Shown here: positions 1 to 10,599 of the stretch, piece after piece
Layout: each line of letters starts with the position of its first letter
Position numbering within the stretch: the first letter of the stretch is position 1
DNA from: Azolla caroliniana
Lineage: Eukaryota > Plantae > Polypodiophyta
Assembly (NCBI GenBank): GCA_043228905.1
Contig: JBHGNT010000048.1
Span: 62,001 to 126,000, forward strand
Length of the DNA stretch: 64,000 bases
Reading direction: 5' to 3'
Program-made: the position numbers and the translations under genes
The notes under the pieces: generated by a model
The model's input: the letters and a program-made list of their open reading frames with translations, nothing else
What the model was told of the DNA's origin: nothing
Databases searched by the model: none

Positions 1-534
1 TGGAAAGTATTGATTGGGAGGTTTTCAAATTAGCCCTAAAGTGATGTGAACTTGAAATAAGCAATTGTGTCTTTTCCATTATTCAAGTGAAAGATAATAC
101 TCATTGTTTCATACAATGTCTAATTGCTTGTCAGATTTAGTATTCTATTCCTCAAATTTGGCATGTTTGTAGCATTGTTATTTGACACAAAGACAACTTG
201 TTTGTATAATTCACACAGGTTGAGTTGAAAACAGAGATAGATATAGTTTTCCTATTTTTGCGATATTGGGGATTGCATCTTAATTGGATATGTGCAACAC
301 TTTTGTATTTGATGATAAGCATGGAGTCAAAGAATGTCTATCAAAGGTAAAGGGAGTACTAATATGACAATTTTCTTTATTGGAACAAGTGGAAATTTTG
401 TCCTCAATGGAATGTTTGTTTTGCTAATTTGTTTCAACATATCCCAAACCCTTGCAATGATAATCAAACTCAATTGTGGTATGATTTTAGTGTTTTTTTA
501 CAGATTTGTTGTGGGTTTGAGAGAACACCCAAAT

Positions 535-596
535 GGATGTAGCTCAATTGGTAAGGCCACCTAATGGAGACGAAAAGGTTCAACCCCTAAATTCCA
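535..596 (+). other. degenerate tRNA-like (SINE-head-like) sequence
   Basis: A-box-like TAGCTCAATTGGT (540-552) and B-box-like GGTTCAACCC (577-586); no intact cloverleaf. Confidence 0.35.
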
Positions 597-684
597 CAAG
601 GGCATCTAGTAATAGAGAGGTGAGAAATTTGAGTTTGAACCCAAGCCATAGTTAGCAGTGTAACAATTTATCGCTAGGGTAAGT

Positions 685-1060
<376 letters not shown>

Positions 1061-1104
<44 letters not shown>

Positions 1105-1524
1105 ATTATCGTCTTCGGAGGTCAATATGACCTATGAGACCAAAAACATTACATTTCACGTGATATGTGTGAAAATGAGTAGTGACTCTCGATGTTCAAG
1201 AACTTTACCAACGAATGTTGCAATCGAAAGTGCACATTGTGGTTGTGAGAGAAATTTGTGCAAGGATTGGGCTCGATTTTAGAGATGTGTAAAGCATGGT
1301 CGAATATGATCAAAAGCAGAGCATTATATCAAAGTCAGACTCACGAACTTGTTTAGGGCAAACTGTGCATAGCCGATCACTCTCATCACTTGTGCCCCAA
1401 CGCCCTATCTCACATCGCAATGCATGTGAACTAAGTCGCATGGAAGCAATGGTTCAAATGGCAGATAACGGGATGGGCTCTAACATGTATCAATGTGTAC
1501 AGTTTCCCCGTTTCGCAAAGAATA
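1061..1524 (-). mobile_element. RTEX-like LINE family A, 3' part (interrupted by the LTR element; continues at 7280)
   Basis: reverse complement matches 51240-51660; encodes RLSSHALRCE..GRWG..C..C zinc-finger region; 3' hairpin at 1111-1140 and (TC)n tail. Confidence 0.88.
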
Positions 1525-1607
1525 TGTCAAGATTAGTACTAAGACAGATAAGGAATTAGTACTAAGAGAGGTATAGAACTCTTGAGATAAGGAAAGAGTG
1601 AGTGAGT

Positions 1608-1673
<66 letters not shown>

Positions 1674-1978
1674 GTGAGAGAATGATGATAAAAGATATAT
1701 ATTATGTGAAGAGAGCATACAATAGTAGTTAGGAGGCTTAAGACTAGCGTTGAACCGATTTGGTTCGAAATAATGCCTTGTGCCTCCTTTTATAGTGTTC
1801 TCAGGAGTACTCCTGAAGTTTCTAGAATGTTCTAGAGAAATCTGGAATATACATCAATTTTCTATAATAAAACATAAATGAAAATAATACTCTATGTCTT
1901 ACAATGTATGGTCTAATGGTCAAGAGCTCGACCCATGTAGCATAAGGTCATGGGTTTGAGTCTTGCCATATCATGACA
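1525..1978 (-). repeat. 3' LTR
   Basis: TG...CA termini, adjacent PPT, internal (GA)n, matches 6848-7279. Confidence 0.93.
1815..1847. promoter_or_regulatory. heat-shock element in LTR U3 (second copy at 7114-7136)
   Basis: GAAgtTTCtaGAAtgTTCtaGAG: four perfect alternating nGAAn/nTTCn units plus phased imperfect ones, about 20 bp upstream of the minus-strand TATAAAA (1788-1794; 7087-7093). Confidence 0.7.
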
Positions 1979-4900
1979 CTATCCCCCCTTTAAAATGATG
2001 AGTGTCACGAGTCGTTTTGGATTGAGGACCCGGTTTGTCTGGATATTGACGATGGAAGTCTTCAAGAAGAGCACGAGCATTTGTCACATTCTCTATCGGT
2101 TCCCAAGTACGCTCGTTGGGACTATATCCTAGCCAATTGACTAGATAGTAGAGCTTGTTGCGAACAATCTTAGAATCAAGGATGGCGGCAACCTCGTACT
2201 CAGGTCCATCTTCAAGCTTGATCGGGGGTGGAGGCTGTATAATAAGTCCTGGGATGGTGCTCTCTTGATAGGGTTCGAGAAGAGAACTATGAAACACCAG
2301 ATGTATCCGAAGTTGCAGAGGTAGATCGAGACGAAAAGCAACATCATTAATCTTTCCTATAATACGGAAATGACCTAATCGCCGATAATCCAACTTCTCG
2401 CATGGGTGAGTAGTCTTGATGTGTTGTCATAGTAGCCATACCCGATCTCCAATGTTAAAACTGGATGGAAGTCGATGACGATCCGCGTAAACCTTGTGTG
2501 TTTGTTGAGCTTGTTGGAGATGAGTAGATAAATCGGCTTGTATCTTGCGTAACCGCTCTAAACGATCCTTTGCGCAAGGATTTGTGGACAACTCTGGGGT
2601 TTCAAATACACACCACCGGGGGTGAGAACCCGTATAAGCATAAATGGCGTAACTTTAGTCGATGCGTGGACTGAATTATTGTAGGCAAATTCGGCGAAGT
2701 GGAGAATATTTACCCAGTCATCCTGATGATAGCTTAGAAAGCACCGAAGATATTGCTCCAGTGTTTGATTTGTTCGTTCTGCTTGGCCATCTATTTGTGG
2801 GTGGTAGGGGGAGGAGAGGTTACAAGTGACCTTGAGCATTTTAAAAAGGTGCTTCCAGAATTTCGATACGAACTGGGGTCCACGGTCGCTAATGATACTA
2901 TAGGGAAGGCCATGATGCCGACATACTTCACACATGATAATTTCAACGGTTTCTTCACTGGATATTTCCTTAGTACATGGCAAGAAATGAGCCATCTTCG
3001 TATATTGATCTACGACTATTAGAATTGCATTGACTTAGAGACTGGAAGATTTGTGATGAAGTCTAGAGCAATGGATTGCCACGACTTGCTTGGAATTGGT
3101 AATGGTTCTAATAAACCATATGGATGATGCCTTGGCATTTTCGCTCTGCAACATGTATCACAAGTCCGAACAAAATCTTCGACAAATTGTCGAATATAGG
3201 GCCACCAAAATGATCGTTGTACTAAATCTAATGTTTTATACTACCAAAATGCCCAACTGTATATGTGTCATGATAGTTTTGGACTACTTGAAGGCGGCAA
3301 GAACCATTAGGAACATACAAGAGTTCATTAAAGAATAGTAATCTATCATGGTATTTGAATTGCCGATAGTCTGTACCTGGTGGTTGCGACTGTGAACAAG
3401 ATGCACGAGAGGGATCAATTTGTGCTAGAATGGCTTGGGCGAAAGCATCGGTCTTCAAGTCCTCACCTATAGTATCGATAATGTGGGAATCCATGGGCAT
3501 GCCAAAGACTTGTGTTGCTTGCAATTGTGTCGATCCCAAGATTACTTGCTTTTGGTTATCAAAAGCTGGCTCACCGGGACGCGGTGCTAGGTACAAACGT
3601 TGTGATAATGCATCTGCCTTCCCTTGGTGCTTCCCCGGACGATATGTAATTTTGAAGTCGAAACGCGTGAGGAAGTGGGCCCACCGAGCTTGACGTCGAT
3701 TTAACACACGAGCGTCCTAAAAGTAGGCAAGGTTTTTGTGGTCACTAAATACGGTGATTTAATGAGAGGATCCCTCTAGAAAATGCCTCCATTGCGTAAA
3801 AGAGTCCACTATTGCCAATAGCTCCTTATCATGAATTTCGTAGTTGATTTTGGCGGCGTCAAACTTGCGTGAGTGAAAAGCCACAGGATGTAGCTTCTCA
3901 TCATTACCCCGTTGTGACAGAATGCTCCCCAATGCGAAATCCGATGCGTCTGCTTCCATAATGAATGGTTGTTCCGGATCGACATGAGCTAGAATTGGAG
4001 CCAATATAAATGCCTTTTTAAGACTCTCGAAAGCCATGTCCGTTTCTTTAGACCAAACGAATGATTGTCCCTTCTTGGTAAGTTGTGTGAGAGGCAGAAT
4101 GAGCTTTGAGTAATCTTGTATGAACTTTCGGTAAAAATTGGCAAAGCCTAAAAGCATTGCACATCTCGCATCGAATGCGGAGTTTGCCACTCTACCACAG
4201 TTTTGACCTTAGCTGGGTCCATGGAGATGCCTTCTGAGGAAATGACATAGCCCAAAAATTCCACTTGGTTGCACCCAAAACTACATTTTTCCAGCTTTGC
4301 ATAAAGATCATGTTCTCGAAGTCGTTTTAGTACTGATAATACATGAGACTCACGCTCTTCTTGGGTCTTCGAATAAACCAATAGATCATCCAAATAGATG
4401 ATCAAATAAACATCCAAGATATCTCGGAATATATCATTTGCCATGTGCTGGAAGACTGATGGTGCATTAGTGAGGCTGAACGGCATGACTGTATACTCGA
4501 AGTGCCCATATCTGGTGCGAAACGCGGTCTTCCATTCATCTCCTGGTTGGATCCGTACGAGGTTATAGGTTCCCCATAAGTCGATCTTCGTGAAGAACCT
4601 GGCACCATTGATCCGTTCTAAAAGACTTGAGATAAGGGGAAGTGCATACCTATTTCTGATTGTAACCTTATTCAAGCCATGGTAATCTACAACGAGACGA
4701 AGTGATCCATCCTTTTTCTTGACGAAGAAAATGGGTGCGCCGGTTGGAGATTTCGAATGCCGAATGAAACCATTTTCCAAATTCTCCTCTATATAGGCTC
4801 GTAGGACTTCTAGCTTGGTTGGTGACAAATTGTAGATTGGTCCCCATGGTGGCTCTTTCCCTGGTTGTAAATCGATGGGGCAGTCATACGGTCAATGGTG

Positions 4901-5557
4901 AGGAAGCGTATTGGCTTGTACTTTATCGAACACATCAACATAATGATGATACTTCTTTGGAAGTTGAACGGTGGACTCCTCTTTAATGGTGTTTGAGGGC
5001 ATTACTGATATTGCGAAGAGAAACATTTCTTCCTTGCGTCCTTCCCGCAACTGATGTAGCGAAATGGTTGCAATCTCATGAGTAGACCCTCAGGCTTTTC
5101 GATACTGGATTTCTCTTGTTCTCCAATCTATGTTTGGGTTATGTAATTCGAACCATGGTAATCCTAAAACAATGGGGTGTTCTGGGATGCTAATTATATT
5201 AAATGATACTACACATGCTAGATTATTTAGGACAATATTAGCGGGCTTTGACTCTTCTATGATATTTCTGGAAGCAATGGGACGACCATCAATGACTACT
5301 ACAGAGGCTGGACGCGGGAGTTTTTTGAGTGATATCTGATGAGCTTGGGAAAATTTCCTATCCATGAAGCAAGAATTAGCTTCGAAATCTAGAAGTGCTA
5401 AGACATGTACTGGAGGGGTATTTTTAGTACTAACTGTTACTTGGGCTACGAACACATTGCTAACTTGCTTAGAGGGAATGGAACCACTAATGGGCTGCAA
5501 AGATCTAGGGTTGTCCAACCAAACGGCTCCTATTTTGGTTGAACTTAGTCGTTTAAC
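1971..5557 (-). pseudogene. pol pseudogene: aspartic protease, RT, RNase H, integrase, chromodomain
   Basis: LLDFEAN (decayed DSGA), FFVKKKDGSLRLVVDY, IYLDDLL, EADASDFALG, NYEIHDKELLAI, IISDRGPQF, PYHPQIDGQAER, YEVAAILDSK..YLVNWLGY..TWEP; split over ORFs 5090-5518, 4148-4828, 3759-4190, 3228-3707, 2558-2995, 1971-2393. Confidence 0.95.
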
Positions 5558-6687
5558 TCTTCTTCTAACTGACTAAGGACATCAAATTTGTTCGCTAGAT
5601 TTGGGCTATTAGTACTATTAGGACTATCAGATATCCCTACTGAAATAGACTCAGGTTCAGTACAATCAGAATTAGCAACTATTTGGTTTACCTGCCTTCT
5701 TGGCCTATAGGGACAGTTTACACTGATATGCCCTGGTCCACCGCAATAAAGACATAGTCGGTTTGCTCGGCGTCGTTGCTTTTCTTCTTCCGATAGCGGT
5801 CCACGATGACGTGTGGTGTCAATTTCCATCGGAGTTGGAGTACTTACTGGAGGCGCATTATATGACTCCCTTGGAAAAGGTTTCACTACCACTGAGGCGT
5901 AAGTAGGCTCAAATCTTGCCCTTGGCATCTGGAACTGACGTTCTGAACGTCGTTCGAAGAGGCGATTGTCACATCTCACTGCGTGACTGATTGCTTTTGT
6001 TAATGACTTTGGTTCTTCGGGAAAGGTCAAGAGTAAATCTTTGACATCGTTACGTAGACCATAACGAAATTGCTCCATTAACGCTTGATCATCCCAGGGG
6101 ATATCGGAGGCAAGTAGACGAAAATCTGCAGCGTATGTGGAGGTTGGACGATCGCCTTGACGTAGTCGTCGGATTTTGTTGATTGTTGTCCTTATGCTGT
6201 CTGTATCTCTATAACAGGCTTTAAACTCACTTATAAATTCTTCAAAATTGTTTAGTAATGGAGATTCTTTTTCTAACAGCGGAGCGAACCATGACAACGT
6301 TGAGCCACTTAACAATGTGCCTACTAAACCCACTCGTGATGCATCGGTGGGATATCGGGAAGGATGCATTTGAATAACTAGTTATACCTGATTAAGGAAC
6401 CCTCTAAATTGCGATTGCATTCCATCGAATTTCATGGGAAGGCCGATCTTGGGTTCTTTATGAATCCCTTGTGTTCCGGGTCCTTATTGTTGCATCGCTA
6501 CGATGGTTGCTTCGAGTTGTTGCACACGTAACATCAGCTCCCCGTGTTGTTGTTGTTTTTCTAGCACTATTTGTTGAAGATCCCCCAACAAACGATGATT
6601 TTCTTGTTCTAGTGCTACAAATTTCTCCTTTAAGCACTGGAGCTCCGAGAAAACATATTGGTATTCTTGAGCACTAACAATTTCCAT
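5545..6687 (-). pseudogene. gag pseudogene (retrotransposon capsid + CCHC knuckle)
   Basis: RLRQG..YAADFR, FRYGL, PTPMEID, CLYCGGPGHISVNC; N-terminal coiled-coil piece at 6484-6687. Confidence 0.92.
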
Positions 6688-6847
6688 TTTACTAGGGAGG
6701 ATAAGAGGATTAGTATGAAAGGAAGAAAGGGGTTAGAAGATGAGGGAAACAAAAAAGAAGACCGGAAAAAGGGGATATGTAAGAAGATAAAAGGAAGAGG
6801 AGGAAAGGAGGAAATGGAAGGAGGACAGAAGGCAAATAGATTCAAAC

Positions 6848-7279
6848 TGTAAGGATCAGTACTAAGACAGATAAGGAATTAGTACTAAAAGATAAGGATT
6901 AGTACTAAGAGAGGTGTAGAACGCTCGAGATAAGGAAAGAGTGAGAGCAAGAGAGAGATAGAGAGAGAAAGGGTGAGAGAATGATGATAAAAGATATATA
7001 TTATGTGAAGAGAGTATACAATAATAGCTAGGAGGCTTAAGACTGGCGTTGAACCGATTTGGTTCGAAATAATGCCTTGTGCCTCCTTTTATAGTGTTCT
7101 CAAGAGTACTCCTGAAGTTTCTAGAATGTTCTAGACAAATATGGAATATACATCAATTTTCTATAATAAAATATAAATGAAAATAATATTTTATGTATTA
7201 CAATGTATGGTCTAATGGTCAAGAGCTCGACCCATGTAGTATAAGGTCATGGGTTCAAGGCTTGCCATATCATATGATA
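6848..7279 (-). repeat. 5' LTR
   Basis: matches 1525-1978; three copies of a ~21-bp TAGTACTAAGACAGATAAGGA unit at the U5 end versus two in the 3' LTR. Confidence 0.93.
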
Positions 7280-8177
7280 TAATATAGTTTTGTAGTTAGG
7301 TGCAACATGTGTAGTATAATGTGTGAAGCATGAGCCTCCACATTTGTCCCTGTCATGATTACATTGGCATTACAAAAAGGCCTCATTTATAGAGAAATCT
7401 ACTAATGCATCATGTAGCAAGTGTCTCGCATCCCATCTACCAAACCATTTTTCTATAGCTTGCATCCAACCAAAACACAAAATTTTGCTTTTATGCGTCT
7501 TTTGGATCTTTTTGCTTGCTTTCCATACAATTCTAGGAAGTCGATGTGAGGGACTTTTTTTATCCCTAAGCATGTATTCAACAACCCTTTCCATGGCCAT
7601 GATCTCAATAGGAAGCGATCCCGTCTCAAGGAGGAGGGTGTAGGGTGTTTGTTTCTTAACTTGCAGAAACTTTGTAAGAAAATGTTTTTGGACATTTTCA
7701 AACTCTTTCCACATAGATTTAGGGATGCTACCGCCCCATACTTCCACCCCATAGAGAAGAATCGATGTTACCAAAGTGTCGAAAAGATATTTCTTAAGGA
7801 CCCAACACTTAATATCTCCAAGATTGCATGTGTTCTCAAATGCATAGTATGCTTGCTTACCCGCCTCTAAGCAGCGTCTAGCACATTCATTCCATCTATG
7901 ATTTGAAGGAACTTCAAGGCCAAGATATTTGAAGCTTTCCACACATCTAAGTGGCTCATTGTTGTACATAATGCATGGTTTATCTCTTTTTTGGCTCTTC
8001 ACAAGCATAATCTTTGTTTTACAGCTATTGACACTTAATTTAGTATGCATGCAAATTTTTTCCAATGCCTTCATAAGCTTTTGTGCATCTCCTAAAGTAT
8101 TTGCAAAAAGCACTACATCATTTGCATATAGCAAAAGCATAATCATAACATTCCCAATAGCAACTTCGTCAACACAT
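7280..8177 (-). mobile_element. RTEX-like LINE family A, 5'-truncated RT portion
   Basis: ORF 7370-8221: LLYANDVVLF, KTKIM, VESFKYLG, LLYGVEVWG, LLETG; joins 1524 seamlessly when the LTR element and TSD are removed, as in the copy at 50486-51660. Confidence 0.9.
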
Positions 8178-9565
8178 GGGTGGGAATGGTAGGGGGTTCT
8201 AGATGGCCAAACCACCATCACCCATACGTGTTATAGTTCATCCTCAACCACACTCAATAACATTGCTTTGTTTGATTAAGCTCATGGTCTCTTTAATGTG
8301 AGACAAGGAATTCAGGCACAAGCTAAGATAATCATTAATATTAGTTTGCAAACCTTATTTTGGTATTGTTTGTTGTTGTATAATTGCCTTGCTCGACGAT
8401 GTAAGAATGATGAAATAACAACAATGTATTTGGTTTGATCTTGGTCTGCAATTTTAAGTGAAGTGAACATTTATTGGCTTTTATACTTATCCTCGTTACA
8501 AAAGGGTTTCGGGTTCATAAAATGTCTATTAGACCAAGTAACTCCTAAAATATTCATGTACATGGCAAAGCATGACAAAATAAAAATATGTTGCTATAAC
8601 ATTACCATAAAAATGTGGTAATTCACTATTAGTTTTTGGATGTGATCATATAACTTGGAAAAGAAGGCACATTGGTTACAACTTACTCTCATATTGGATA
8701 CCAAGAAAGAAGTTTGAGCTAAATGTGCAATAAAAGCCGAAGGGCCACCAATAGTGGATCTAAAGAGGCAACTTCTATCTTTTGGTTAGGCTCTTAGACC
8801 TTAGAACCCCACCAACAAAAAATGTGTTGAATTCTAAAGCAAATAACCAATTAGTGATATCAATATGAAGCATTGAATGAATCAACAAAAATGACTATAT
8901 AATGGATTTAATGTCACTTCAATACTTGAAAGCACAAGAAGAGAACACCACTAACACATATTCACTGCTCACAAACATGGAGGCATGAAGAGTTAGATCT
9001 ACTATACAATGTGGGAAACAAGAAGCTGTGTTTTCATAGGGTTCCTTTGGTGCCACCATATCATTACTAGAGTGTGTAATAGGTAAACCAATAAGAAACA
9101 TTAGGATGAAATTGTTTTATATAATATAATAGTTTTCTAATGCCCAAGACTTTATAACATGGTAAAATGGATGTGATACATCAAACCACGTCTTCTCCAA
9201 TAAATGTCAACGCAAAGCATGGTAATTATGTTGACAATCTACCCTTGCCATTGTTCAATAGCTTACCCATTGAAGACTAGCATACTTGCATCATTGCCAC
9301 ACTTAAAAACAACCATATTGGCAATTCCTCATTGTGCTTTCAAACTAATATTTTCATCTTCTTTGCAACTCATAATAGGAGCAAATATTGGAGGTGTCGG
9401 TCTATATATGTGGAGGGATGTAAATATAATAAAATAAAATAGAAAAATTATCATTCACAATGAGACCAATTTCAACCTATCACAATGAGACCAATTTCAA
9501 CCTATCAGACCAAATCAACATATCTTGTATATGACTTTTTTCCTTAAAATATGGGTTACTACTAT

Positions 9566-9895
9566 GTAGTAAAAACTCTAGAAACTCTCAATATGAAAAT
9601 AATGCATGCATATATGTGCGCACACATCTCAGTGATAATTTGAGTATGACACTCACGTTATCATGCCCACTTAACAAATCATGTTTTTCACAAATTATGT
9701 TATAGGTTGAGCATTCAATAAGTGAGTTTCATACTCCACTAGGTTTTCATTACATACCTTGAATATTTTCATGTCTAAATGGTGATGATGCCTCAATACC
9801 TAACTTGTGTGAGTGAGTTTGAAGAAGAGTTAATGCTCTCTGAGAGCCAAGGCTCACGGGAGTAGTGAGATGCAATTGGATACATTTTGAAATTT
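9566..9895 (+). repeat. unclassified dispersed repeat, copy 1 (copy 2 at ~19553-19880)
   Basis: shared blocks AAACTCTCAAT..TAATGCA, TTATAGGTTGAGCAT, GGTGATGATGC, GAGTTTGAAGAAG.GTTAA, CCAAGGC. Confidence 0.7.
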
Positions 9896-10599
9896 GTTTT
9901 CCTTGCATTGGGGCCAATATTCCGGGTTAATATTTGCCCCGATACCTAATTGAAGAGTGACGCCCCACAACTAACAATCAATAGGTAACAAGAATATATA
10001 ATTGATATTACATAAGTATTTGGATGCAGGTAGATCTCTTAATTCTTTTATAAACACCAAAACGCCTTGCAGAAATCAAACTATCTGAGTCCAAGGATAT
10101 GATATACAAGCAAAGCAATAATTAAACACAAAATGTGCCACCGAGTTGAGCATCTCTCGCTCCTACCTTGTGAGAATCACTACTATACAACACGCGAATT
10201 TGCTTTTGTTCTCTTCATGGACAACCTTCCGTTTATTTCCTCTTCAAGCTTTCGTTTATGCTTTATATATATATTGTTCAATCTATATGATATAAGCACA
10301 TTTTACACCAGCCACTCTTGGGTGAGAACATAAAATATTTTGCAATGAATTGACAAACTGTACAGTGGAGCCAAAAATGGTTTCATTGAGAAAAAATCAT
10401 CTTTTGTTTTGATGTGAACCCAAATTATCTGAAAGAATGCTTTATGAGTATCTGTTAATCCCTTGGAAGCACCTGACGAACTCCAACAGAGCCAATATCC
10501 ACAACTTATTGAGAATCTTGATATATAGTATATATCTATATAAATGTGACAGATAAGGGGCTACCTATCATGACTTATTTTCAGTCTTCCTCTTCTCTT

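Larger units (their letters stand above)
1525..7279 (-). mobile_element. full-length degenerate Ty3/Gypsy chromovirus (Tcn1-like) LTR retrotransposon
   Basis: two LTRs (1525-1978, 6848-7279; roughly 95% identical by eye), near-perfect 5-bp TSD GAATA/TAATA, PPT AAGGGGGGATAG (1979-1990), domain order gag-PR-RT-RH-IN-chromodomain; stops and frameshifts present. Confidence 0.96.

Noticed and set aside
6848-6912. 21-bp repeats at the LTR end and other short direct repeats as a CRISPR-like array
   Set aside because: Head-to-tail repeats without unique spacers, eukaryotic context, no cas genes
8600-9420. Coding-like AT-rich stretches (also 1-520 and 19970-20540)
   Set aside because: Many stops and no recognisable motif; may be old TE debris but cannot be assigned by eye
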